Positions 20,883 to 29,537 of a DNA stretch of 64,000 bases are shown piece by piece. The DNA comes from a virus. Lineage: Duplodnaviria > Caudoviricetes. The notes beneath the pieces were generated by a model. The model ran no database searches. It worked only from the letters and a program-made list of their open reading frames with translations, and was not told the origin of the DNA. The translations under genes were made by a program, and so were the position numbers. The first letter of the stretch is position 1; each line of letters opens with the position of its first letter. The stretch spans positions 32,001-96,000 of IMG/VR virus record IMGVR_UViG_3300005076_000002; one strand, written 5' to 3'.

Positions 20883-21278
20883 ATGAATGAAGAACGTGTA
20901 ACGGATTTGGCTGATATGTTGGATGGTTGTGCTGCACCATTCTACTTCTCCATGTCTGACATTGCCGTAGCCTTTGGCGATAACAATAACTACATACTGG
21001 AGGCAATGACCGCTAACCAGCTGGCAGAGGTGGGTGAGCGACTCAACTACGCAATGCTTCATTGCACCGAGCAGCAATATCACGGACCTCTGGCTACTGA
21101 ACTGCGCAAGCTCATGCCGGATGTAGAATTCTCCAACGAGGTCTGGGGTGCTGGGGCCGAAGGTGAAGATCGTGTGCCACCCACCGGTTTCCTCGTCACT
21201 GCAAAACGCGACCAACTCGACGATGACAGAGCAGCGCTGAATATCTGGTTAGTGCATACTACCGAGATTATCGACTAG
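20883..21278 (+). CDS. Hypothetical protein (paralogue 3 of 3)
   Basis: AGGGGG SD; shared motif. Confidence 0.7.
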   Translation: MNEERVTDLADMLDGCAAPFYFSMSDIAVAFGDNNNYILEAMTANQLAEVGERLNYAMLHCTEQQYHGPLATELRKLMPDVEFSNEVWGAGAEGEDRVPPTGFLVTAKRDQLDDDRAALNIWLVHTTEIID

Positions 21279-21314
21279 CCCATTCTCTATGTAGCCCAAA
21301 CCAAGGAGGCTCAC

Positions 21315-21443
21315 ATGAGTACGGGTCAACGTTTTAAAGCACTGCTCAATCTTCTCCTGCGCTTTTTGCGCTGGATCGGTAGTTTCAATAAACCGAAGAA
21401 CCGTTCGCGTCGTAGCAATAAATGGTTGGATATAACTAAGTAA
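21315..21443 (+). CDS. 42-aa cationic amphipathic peptide
   Basis: AAGGAGG SD; MSTGQRFKALLNLLLRFLRWIGSFNKPKNRSRRSNKWLDITK; followed directly by a terminator; too short to appear in the ORF track. Confidence 0.7.
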   Translation: MSTGQRFKALLNLLLRFLRWIGSFNKPKNRSRRSNKWLDITK

Positions 21444-21444
21444 T

Positions 21445-21476
21445 AGCTAGGGGCTAATGCCCCTAGTTCTTTTTTT
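21445..21476 (+). terminator. Intrinsic terminator
   Basis: CTAGGGGC-TAAT-GCCCCTAG-TTCTTTTTTT. Confidence 0.8.
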
Positions 21477-21483
21477 GCCATGA

Positions 21484-21540
21484 TTTGAATAAAAAAGTTT
21501 TCAGACATATATTACCAGAGTGAGATTAGATACTAATCTC
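21484..21540 (+). promoter_or_regulatory. Early promoter plus 5' hairpin, copy 1 of a 57-bp repeat
   Basis: TATATTAC at 21508-21515; hairpin GAGATTAG-ATA-CTAATCTC at 21522-21540; 52/57 identical to 36169-36225. Confidence 0.8.
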
Positions 21541-21592
21541 TTCCTTCCTAAAGCTATAAGCTTTGGGCTTCTTATCTACTGGAGTAAACATT

Positions 21593-22021
21593 ATGGATAA
21601 ATTCCATTTTACTACCGTCAATGACGGTAGCTTCGTCAGCATCGCTATGATGCTGAAAGAGTTGTCAGATGCCAAAGTGCGCCTGGCAGTGGTCGCCAAC
21701 GGCCTGACTGAGTTTCGCGAATGGGCATACTTTGGCCCTGGCGAACACTTCGTCAATACCGATGGTTCGGTCATCATGTATGACGTCGATCCGACAATCT
21801 TCCAGCCAGTGCTGGAAATGTTGGGTGTAGAGAAGCTGCCAAACAAGCGTGGTTTCTTCACAGACGAGATGTTCGTGATTGCAGTCCGTCGCGATAAGAT
21901 TGACAATGCGGTCGCTAATGGCGAAGTGCTGTCTATCGAAGATGGCGTCGCCCGTCACTGCTTCCCGCTGGAAGATATGCAGTGGGCTGCTGAACGCCAC
22001 GCGGCATTCCTGGACAAATAA
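21593..22021 (+). CDS. Early hypothetical protein
   Basis: ATG 21593 follows GGAG, downstream of the early promoter. Confidence 0.75.
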   Translation: MDKFHFTTVNDGSFVSIAMMLKELSDAKVRLAVVANGLTEFREWAYFGPGEHFVNTDGSVIMYDVDPTIFQPVLEMLGVEKLPNKRGFFTDEMFVIAVRRDKIDNAVANGEVLSIEDGVARHCFPLEDMQWAAERHAAFLDK

Positions 22022-22072
22022 ACAATCCTGGGATGGCTATAAGCCATCCCTATTTTAATTCTGGAGTTAGTT

Positions 22073-22438
22073 ATGAAAATCATCATCAATGCAGTGCAAG
22101 CATTCATCAACTCTATCCGAGTTGATGTCGAGTTGAACAATCTGACTAAAGAAATGGAGCGGAAGGGACTGTGCTTAACCGACCCCAACCGTATCCACTT
22201 CGTATATGGCATGGATGCCATCGAATGTTACGCCATCACTAAGGGCGGCGTGCGTCGCATTCGCAGTGTGGGATTCAATCCCAAAATCACTGACGGCGCC
22301 AATCACCGAGCTGCTATTAAGGCTGTCCTGCTCCGACACGAGTATAGCCTCGAAAAAGTATATGTCCTGCCAAAAGACGGAGTGGCTGGTAAATGTATTA
22401 AGATGTTTACTACAGCGCCCCGTACCATGGGTGAGTAA
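22073..22438 (+). CDS. Early hypothetical protein
   Basis: GGAG SD. Confidence 0.7.
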   Translation: MKIIINAVQAFINSIRVDVELNNLTKEMERKGLCLTDPNRIHFVYGMDAIECYAITKGGVRRIRSVGFNPKITDGANHRAAIKAVLLRHEYSLEKVYVLPKDGVAGKCIKMFTTAPRTMGE

Positions 22439-22482
22439 TGTATAGGGGTGGTTCGCCACCCCGTTATTTTTTTGGAGAAACT

Positions 22483-22899
22483 ATGAAACGTATGCATGTT
22501 GTTGAATACACCCTTCCCTTTGCAATCGCCAATGTCAGCAAGGACATTCCGGTCAAGCAGGACGAGGTTCTTTACGGCTGGGGTGACGATCGATACCTTC
22601 ATCTGGTAGAAATCCACAACGCACACTTCTGGCATTGTTCTGACCATGTCGGACTTACTTTAGTCGATGGCAATTTTGTTGTGGTATCCATGGCATGCCA
22701 CCCACTTCTTCGCCAGTCGGTAGTAGTCAAAGAACTTAAAGAGCCGATCTATGAGTCGTGGGTGGAGTCGGCCATCTGTTATGATAACGATCACCACGCC
22801 ATCGGCACACGCATTATTTGTCGCGCCTCCTACGCGGGGAAGGCTGATCGTGAAATCATTTTCGATGTATTGGTTTCGTTTGGTGAGAAGTTCGACTGA
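22483..22899 (+). CDS. Hypothetical protein
   Basis: ATG 22483 follows GGAG (the track start overlaps a hairpin at 22444-22473). Confidence 0.7.
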   Translation: MKRMHVVEYTLPFAIANVSKDIPVKQDEVLYGWGDDRYLHLVEIHNAHFWHCSDHVGLTLVDGNFVVVSMACHPLLRQSVVVKELKEPIYESWVESAICYDNDHHAIGTRIICRASYAGKADREIIFDVLVSFGEKFD

Positions 22900-22945
22900 C
22901 AAATAAAAAGCAGGGGCCCGAAGGCCCCTGTTCTTTTTTTTTTGC
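22899..22945. terminator. Bidirectional terminator, repeat copy 1
   Basis: A-tract, CAGGGGCC-CGAA-GGCCCCTG, T-tract, between convergent genes; 31 bp identical to 37573-37603. Confidence 0.85.
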
Positions 22946-22947
22946 CT

Positions 22948-23808
22948 TTAGGCGACTTGTTTCTTAGCAGCGTCAGCTGCACGCTCAAAGAAACCACCGG
23001 CAGTTGCTGCAACGTCAGCATCGATCTTCTCGACGAAGGCACGACGAGTCATGACGTTCAGGCCGCCACGGTTCATCTTGTCCAACTCGTCTTGAGCGAA
23101 CTGCATTACGCCCAGAGAAGTGTCTTGCAGACCAGTCATCGGGATGGACAGCTCGAGAGCTTGACCAGCCGATTGCAGGTCACGACGTGCTTCATCTTGA
23201 CCGTTGTTGCGGGGACCCACGTTGGTCATCAGCCAGGCTTTCTGTACAGAGCGCTGACGGATGTCCGGCTCCAGATACAGAACGTCAGCAGACCACATGT
23301 CCGGCAGGTGATCGCCGATGTCATCACGCAGAGTGTGAATCAACGGGATCATGGCTTCCGGGTCGATCATGCCATAACGGATCCAGATGGTCATCAGGTT
23401 CTGGAACGGCAGGCCGTACTTGTCCATCATCGAGTGAGTCACTTCGGACTGTTGGATGGTGGACTTGTTCACGTCGAACTGACGGTGACCGGCCGGGCCG
23501 ATTTCCTGTTCAACGAAGTCTACGGTGATACCCTTCTGAAGACCGTCGATCTTGGTCTGGATCTCGAAAAAGTTCTTGATCGCGATACGGAAGGTTTCGG
23601 GGTTCGGCATGTAGTCAACCCAACGAGGGAAGCTGACCACTTTACAGATAACGTTACGACTTACGTACGCGGCGTTATTGATGTATTTACCGATGTTCAG
23701 AACGGGGCCGTTTTGGCCCCCGATGAATGCATCGACTACGGGAGTCAGACGAGTGTCTTTAACGAACCCGTTGGCCGTGTCGAGCAAGCGATCACGTACT
23801 CCAGCCAT
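22948..23808 (-). CDS. Tail tube protein (phiKZ gp30-like)
   Basis: 286 aa; NAAYVSRN, DKYGLPFQ, W...GMIDP and EPD motifs; immediately downstream of the sheath gene. Confidence 0.82.
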   Translation of the reverse strand: MAGVRDRLLDTANGFVKDTRLTPVVDAFIGGQNGPVLNIGKYINNAAYVSRNVICKVVSFPRWVDYMPNPETFRIAIKNFFEIQTKIDGLQKGITVDFVEQEIGPAGHRQFDVNKSTIQQSEVTHSMMDKYGLPFQNLMTIWIRYGMIDPEAMIPLIHTLRDDIGDHLPDMWSADVLYLEPDIRQRSVQKAWLMTNVGPRNNGQDEARRDLQSAGQALELSIPMTGLQDTSLGVMQFAQDELDKMNRGGLNVMTRRAFVEKIDADVAATAGGFFERAADAAKKQVA

Positions 23809-25853
23809 TATTCAGCTCCCTTGCGAGTTGCTACGATGGTGTACTTGTTGATGGTGTGGGTCGTGCTTGCAGGCACGGTCACCTCAACAGAGATGGAATT
23901 ACCACCAGCCCGGTCTTCCTCGGTATGGAAAGCGCGCGGCACCGGATTGGCGACGTTGTCGTACTTGCCGAGGATCTTCGTGTTGATCTTGTCGGTGATC
24001 AACTTCTCCAGCTGGCCTTCAGTCAGGGACTGGGAGCCAGTGGTTTCTGCCCAGACGTCATCGCAGACGCGTTCCAGGTCACCGATAACGGTAGCCGGCA
24101 GCAGACCAACCAGGACAGACGCGCTGTGCGGGTAGATGGTACGTGCTGCGGAGAACATGTAGCGATACTGGTCAAAGGTACGGATGTTGATGAGACCTGC
24201 GTCCCAGTCACCTTCGTAGGCTTCGCCGGTCTTGTACGGCAGGTTGAAGTCGTAACCGTCATCAACGATAGCCAGCTCGCCCCGGTCGAAGCGGAACTCG
24301 GAACGGAACTTGCCGATCTGAGCACCCGCGTAACGGGACATGAACTTGGCCAGCGAGTAGGTGAGCGGAACGCGTTCACCCCAGCTGTCATCGTTGAGCA
24401 ACATGCTGTGACCTACAACCGCGCCACGCATGGCAGAGGTGCCATAACGGACGGATTCCGGGAAAGCACGCAGCATGGAAGCCAGCGCCACTTTCATGGA
24501 GTCTTCGGTAGCTTGGTTGTTGGCACCCTCGTTATAAACGTGGGTAGACAGGATGGTGATGGTGTCGGGACGACGACCCATGAAGTTACAGAGCGCTTCC
24601 TTGGTGTCGGTGGTATAACCGGCATCCCAGATGAAAGAGCACGGATACTTGCGCATGTCCAGGTAGTTAACCTTACCCTTACCGAACGCCAGCATCTCAC
24701 GCTGCACCAGCTCGTCGAACACTTCGGCGTTCATGGTACCGTCAGAACCACCCATCAGGTAATGGGTATGACCTTCGGTAAACAGCTCGCCACCGTTGGC
24801 ACCGCTATCGATGACGAGACCATTATATGGATTGCCGTAGACATCGAGGCCAGAGAAAATATCGACCATGTACGGATTCGCAACGTACTCGGGACCGGCC
24901 GCTTTGGCGGCTGCCGTCAGCACGGTTTCGAAGTTGGCTTCGTACAGATGGATATCCTTGATCGGGCCCAGTTCGGGTACCAGGCCGGGGGCCGGGTTCA
25001 TGTTGCGGTAGGAACGGACCAGCACACGGCGGAAGTCGTAATGCTGACGCATCGGCTCGTAGTACGCGCCTTTCTTGAACGCAACCGGTACGAAGGTAGA
25101 ACCGCCACGGGTCTGCACTGGAGTGCCAGAATCGTTTTCGGTCAAACGCTCGTTGAACTGGATGTGGTAAACACGGGCACCCATGGTTTCGGAAACGCTC
25201 GGGTCTACGCGAACGGAGGATTTCACGTTCGGGCAGCTGAGCTGGAAACCGAAGTCGGAGCCGCCCTGGCCGATGAAGCTGGCCGGCAGATCGAGGATCG
25301 GGTAGATGGTGGACTTGGAACCATCCAGGTTGGACTTGGACCCTGCGTAGGGTTTGCCGTTCTTGAACGGTGCATCCGCAGCAAAGGGAGAGACGCGCCA
25401 GATGATGTTCACGCCGTCAACATCGCCGGTCTTGATTTTTTTGCCTTGGCTGTCGTACTTGTACTCGCCACTGGCGAGGCGCTCGTAGACAGGAACCTTG
25501 GCGGTATAGACCTCGGCGTAGATACGCAGAGAAGCCCAGGCCGCATCGTCTGGTACCAGACGCTGAACCATTTGCGGGTTGGCCAGTTCATTGAACAGCT
25601 TCATGAACGGGGTATTGATGGTCGCGTACTTCGAGTCGTAATCAAGCACGTCACGACCATACATGGAGAACAGGTTATCACCCGCAACCATGTAAGCGTT
25701 TTCGTGGTCACCACGGCCAGAGAAAGTAAACGACAGCGGCAAATGAATCGACTTCGTGATCGGCGTCAACACCAACGGCGGAATACTACGGTCATCGGTA
25801 CCGTAGAACACTGCCATTGGCGAACCGTTACGGGGGACGGTATTGTATGCCAT
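23808..25853 (-). CDS. Contractile tail sheath protein (phiKZ gp29-like)
   Basis: 681 aa; NGSP..VFYGTDD, HLPL, VQRLVPDDA, YLMGGSDG, WDAGY, PESVRYGT motifs; strong codon bias. Confidence 0.9.
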   Translation of the reverse strand: MAYNTVPRNGSPMAVFYGTDDRSIPPLVLTPITKSIHLPLSFTFSGRGDHENAYMVAGDNLFSMYGRDVLDYDSKYATINTPFMKLFNELANPQMVQRLVPDDAAWASLRIYAEVYTAKVPVYERLASGEYKYDSQGKKIKTGDVDGVNIIWRVSPFAADAPFKNGKPYAGSKSNLDGSKSTIYPILDLPASFIGQGGSDFGFQLSCPNVKSSVRVDPSVSETMGARVYHIQFNERLTENDSGTPVQTRGGSTFVPVAFKKGAYYEPMRQHYDFRRVLVRSYRNMNPAPGLVPELGPIKDIHLYEANFETVLTAAAKAAGPEYVANPYMVDIFSGLDVYGNPYNGLVIDSGANGGELFTEGHTHYLMGGSDGTMNAEVFDELVQREMLAFGKGKVNYLDMRKYPCSFIWDAGYTTDTKEALCNFMGRRPDTITILSTHVYNEGANNQATEDSMKVALASMLRAFPESVRYGTSAMRGAVVGHSMLLNDDSWGERVPLTYSLAKFMSRYAGAQIGKFRSEFRFDRGELAIVDDGYDFNLPYKTGEAYEGDWDAGLINIRTFDQYRYMFSAARTIYPHSASVLVGLLPATVIGDLERVCDDVWAETTGSQSLTEGQLEKLITDKINTKILGKYDNVANPVPRAFHTEEDRAGGNSISVEVTVPASTTHTINKYTIVATRKGAE

Positions 25854-25999
25854 TGTTGTGGACTCCTAGCAGTTACCGCCGTACAGGCGGAGTTTATCAG
25901 TAACCGTACGCGGGTAAAAAATTACAGTTACCCATATACAGTATCGACATATCGTCATAGGTATTAACCTACATTAATCAGTATTTGGAGTGAGCGAAG

Positions 26000-28048
26000 A
26001 TGGCAATCAGAGCGTCCTACGACTCGAAAGTCAACAAAACGATGAATATCAAACCTATCGTTTTGGAAATAGAAAAAGCAATGCTGCACAACGATACTCA
26101 TCGTTTCTCTGACGAGATCCTTTTCGTCAGTGACGAGTTCACGGACGTGCCGCCTTTCATCCACCCTATCTACTCCCCTGAAAAGGACGTAGTTTTTATC
26201 GATGTCCGTGGTTTCTCCTCGGTAGGTCGTGACGGCAATCTGGCACTTAAGGGCGACGTTGACAGTGAGTTGACTCTCCTGCGTGCTAAGCTGGAACTGG
26301 TGTGGCAACGTGCTCCGCGTGCTGATGTTTTCACCGCACTCCATTTCTCCAATGGTATCTTTGTACGCTGGCTGACCGATACCATCTGCCATAAACACGG
26401 TCTGCAACTTGGTCAGAAGTCCAAGGTTCTTGCCGTGACCGGCCTGTACAACATTGGTCAGTATTACAACAACATTACTGACGAACACCAAATCAACAAA
26501 TTTGCCGAGATGGTATCTCGGGATTTTTATATCCCACTCGAAGAAGTTTTCAGTGCTATTGACACCCTCGATAATCCGTTCCCTCGCGATATCGATGAGT
26601 ACGTAGAAGCGCTCAAGAAGCTTCAGATTTCTCCGCGCTTGGCCAACCTCAATACGCTGGCACTGTACAGCATGTTGGGCGGTAGCTGGTTCATGACCGC
26701 AAACGCACTTCAGCTGGTCGGACTGGCGGTTGAATACCCGCCGTGCTTTGCTGCGATGGTCTCTATGGCTACCCGCCATAAGATCTTCAAGAAGACCCAG
26801 ATCGGTGAGCGTGTGGAACGGTCTAATAAAGGCGGTGCCTTTGATCAGTTTGCACGGTCTCTGAATGCCGTTATCAATAACAACCTTGGTAACATCAATC
26901 CCAATCGTCAACGTGCTGGGATGGAGAGCATTCCGTACAACGCAATGTTGTTGGAAGATGGCGAGTTCATCGAACAGCATTTCGGTATGGAAGGCTACGG
27001 TAAGGCCGCTGGCGTAGCACTCGGTGCTGGGCTGTTGACCGCATTCATCACCTGGTTGATGATTAAATTCACCGGGGGTGGTTCTGGCGGTGGTGGTGGC
27101 GGTTCTAGCGGCGGTACCGGTATCATTGAAAAGACCGAGACCAAAGTCAAGGCTACCGTAGAAGCCAAGGGCGAACTTGTAAAGCATAAGGACGAGGCTA
27201 AAAAGATCGCCAACGAGATTCGCCACGACACCCCTTCCCATACCGAGGCCATGAACGAAACCCTCGTGGCTGATGTAGAAAAGGTTGTTGATAAGGGTGC
27301 CGACAAACGCATCACTACTATCGTGAACACCAGCCGTAACCCGGTGGCTATTCCGGTTATCAATCTGGCTGTTAAATACGAACCGTCTCAAGAAGCGACC
27401 AACCACTGGGCCAACATGGACGCATTGGTTAAGTCCATCGAACGGATCGACGATCCTACTCAGCTGGCGGCTATCTTCGAAGTCTACAAGCGTGCTCTGC
27501 GTGGCGGTGGTCAGAACATCAAGGGTGTAATTAGCGACTTCATTAAGCATCCGCTGTTTAAAGAAGATGTGGCTGTTCTTGGTGGTCTGTTCTGTGCCGG
27601 GCGCTTCTACCATGTACCTAATGACACAGCTACCGAGTTTGCCCATCAGGCGCTGTCTGTTTACAACAGTGCTACGCTCGATGCGCACATCTCCATGCAG
27701 GATCTGCTGGTAGACATCCGAGATAGCGTTGACGGCGGTATGTCTGGGACTGATCTCGATGTCAAATACGGTCGCTACATCAACGAGATCTACATGGGTC
27801 TGTTGAACTCTCCGGCAAAGGTTATACTGGAGAATAAGACCGGCATCGACACGCTCATGGAGAATGCACGTCAGCGGTTTGCTGTCTGGCCCGCCACCTC
27901 GTTCGATACCTTCGAGCACTTCGACGGCTCGACGGGTTATGTCAAACATCTGCTGGAGTCTATCTATGAGTTCAGCAGCGAGGAAGTCGGACCGTACATC
28001 GAGTGGCTGAAAGGTCTCGAGGTCGTCAGAGCTGATCAAGGGCTTTGA
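26000..28048 (+). CDS. phiKZ gp28-like virion protein with a ~370-aa C-terminal extension
   Basis: The first ~300 aa (VPPFIHPI..VFIDVR, GGSWF...AVEYPP.F) are gp28-like by recall and position; then GME sites, a hydrophobic helix and a poly-Gly linker. Confidence 0.7.
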   Translation: MAIRASYDSKVNKTMNIKPIVLEIEKAMLHNDTHRFSDEILFVSDEFTDVPPFIHPIYSPEKDVVFIDVRGFSSVGRDGNLALKGDVDSELTLLRAKLELVWQRAPRADVFTALHFSNGIFVRWLTDTICHKHGLQLGQKSKVLAVTGLYNIGQYYNNITDEHQINKFAEMVSRDFYIPLEEVFSAIDTLDNPFPRDIDEYVEALKKLQISPRLANLNTLALYSMLGGSWFMTANALQLVGLAVEYPPCFAAMVSMATRHKIFKKTQIGERVERSNKGGAFDQFARSLNAVINNNLGNINPNRQRAGMESIPYNAMLLEDGEFIEQHFGMEGYGKAAGVALGAGLLTAFITWLMIKFTGGGSGGGGGGSSGGTGIIEKTETKVKATVEAKGELVKHKDEAKKIANEIRHDTPSHTEAMNETLVADVEKVVDKGADKRITTIVNTSRNPVAIPVINLAVKYEPSQEATNHWANMDALVKSIERIDDPTQLAAIFEVYKRALRGGGQNIKGVISDFIKHPLFKEDVAVLGGLFCAGRFYHVPNDTATEFAHQALSVYNSATLDAHISMQDLLVDIRDSVDGGMSGTDLDVKYGRYINEIYMGLLNSPAKVILENKTGIDTLMENARQRFAVWPATSFDTFEHFDGSTGYVKHLLESIYEFSSEEVGPYIEWLKGLEVVRADQGL

Positions 28049-28064
28049 TGCTGAAAACCGTGAA

Positions 28065-29534
28065 ATGCTGGAAGCGATCAATATCTGTGGTCGCATTAAC
28101 ACCTTCGGCATTTCTAAGACAATGATGATGCATAACGAGATCGTCAACGGCATGCAGCACATTGTTGAGTCTACCAAGAAGTTCCAGGGCTTCATCAACG
28201 ATAACCTGAAAGCCATGCAGCGTGAGATGGATCGTGCTGCCAAGAAAGCCGGTATGGAATCCCATCAGGAACTCGAGGGTGAATTCCTGCCTGCCGAAGG
28301 TAAGGGCGTCGGGATGGAAGTCAACGCCTGGTCGGATGCCTTGGCGCGTGTTGGTATCGCGGTAGTCGTTGGTCTGTTCATCGAATGGCTGGTACGTAAG
28401 CTGACCGGGTCTAGCGGCGGCGGCGGTGGCGGCGGTAGCCCGCGTATGTCTGTCTCGTTCCGCGTAGAGACAGCAGCTGAGACGGTCGCTCGCGTCGGTG
28501 AGAAACTGAACAAGACCAAGTCTGAGTTCCTGGAATTCAACTCTGAGCTGAACCGTCGTAAGCTCAAAGACGAAGACCTGATGGGCCTGGTTGCATCCGA
28601 CGCCGATCGAAGCGTGCTGCGCAAGTTCCTGACTGCTATTCCTGGCGATGACCATCTGCTGCGTTGCTTTGCAGTTTTGTTGGTTAATGCCGGTAGCGGC
28701 AAGAATGACAGTCAATTCACGTTCCTCGGGGTCTCTGCTACTGACCAAGATTGGGACAAGTGGGTTCTGGCCGCGTTTGGTAACTTCCGTAAGGTGAGCA
28801 TGCCCAACGACATGGAGTTTGAAAAATACCTCCTGTTCTGCGGTCTGAGCATCCCCGGTACGTTCATGATTGCTGACGTCATTGAAAGCATCGACGTTGC
28901 CAAAGCACTGGAACACATCGACGTCGAAGCCGAGATTGTTGAGGAAATCTTCAAACTCGGTGATTCGTTCACCGACGCCGGTGCTAAGCGCATCGCTGAT
29001 GAAATCCGTAAGGGTGCAAGTGGCCCTGCCTCCGACAGTAAAGAAGTGGCAATTCCCGGTGCTCAGGGTAAGACCTACAAAGAAATCTTTACTGAAGCCA
29101 GCTACACTCGCTTCACTATCTGGCCGGGCGCTATCTACCGCAACGGTCTGAAAGAAGATGAGAAGTTGGCCGAGATCAAGGCAGACCAGTGGCGTAGCCT
29201 ACTCGACACCAAACGTCTGAGCTCCAAGCTGGAGAAGGATAAAAATACTCTGGCGCGGATGGAGAACAAAGCGACAGCGATGAAGCAGCGTCTCGACACC
29301 GCTGCACGCAACGCCAAGATCGATGGGCGTTTCAGTAGCAACCCAGAAGACCATCAAGTCATCAGTGACTTCCTGAGCAAGAAATCGAATGCGATGGCTG
29401 AAATCCAGGCCTATCTGCAAGCGGTCAATGCTTATACCCGCGGTGTAGACCATCAGGCCAATGCCATGAACATGGCCTGCCGGACTATGGAAGCACGGAT
29501 TGGCAACGTTAAAACCCTTTTGAAGAAGGTGTAA
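28065..29534 (+). CDS. Putative inner-head/ejection protein, paralogue of the 26000-28048 extension
   Basis: AGMES..GEF..GME, hydrophobic helix, FIEWLVRKLTG-poly-Gly. Confidence 0.65.
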   Translation: MLEAINICGRINTFGISKTMMMHNEIVNGMQHIVESTKKFQGFINDNLKAMQREMDRAAKKAGMESHQELEGEFLPAEGKGVGMEVNAWSDALARVGIAVVVGLFIEWLVRKLTGSSGGGGGGGSPRMSVSFRVETAAETVARVGEKLNKTKSEFLEFNSELNRRKLKDEDLMGLVASDADRSVLRKFLTAIPGDDHLLRCFAVLLVNAGSGKNDSQFTFLGVSATDQDWDKWVLAAFGNFRKVSMPNDMEFEKYLLFCGLSIPGTFMIADVIESIDVAKALEHIDVEAEIVEEIFKLGDSFTDAGAKRIADEIRKGASGPASDSKEVAIPGAQGKTYKEIFTEASYTRFTIWPGAIYRNGLKEDEKLAEIKADQWRSLLDTKRLSSKLEKDKNTLARMENKATAMKQRLDTAARNAKIDGRFSSNPEDHQVISDFLSKKSNAMAEIQAYLQAVNAYTRGVDHQANAMNMACRTMEARIGNVKTLLKKV

Positions 29535-29537
29535 TAA

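Noticed and set aside
23856-28243. Long antisense ORFs (703 aa at 23856 +, 759 aa at 25964 -; likewise 10560-12398, 14500-16200, 22942-24135, 52049-53905, 61992-63191)
   Set aside because: They mirror real genes whose codon bias suppresses stops on the opposite strand; no SD and no recognisable motifs.
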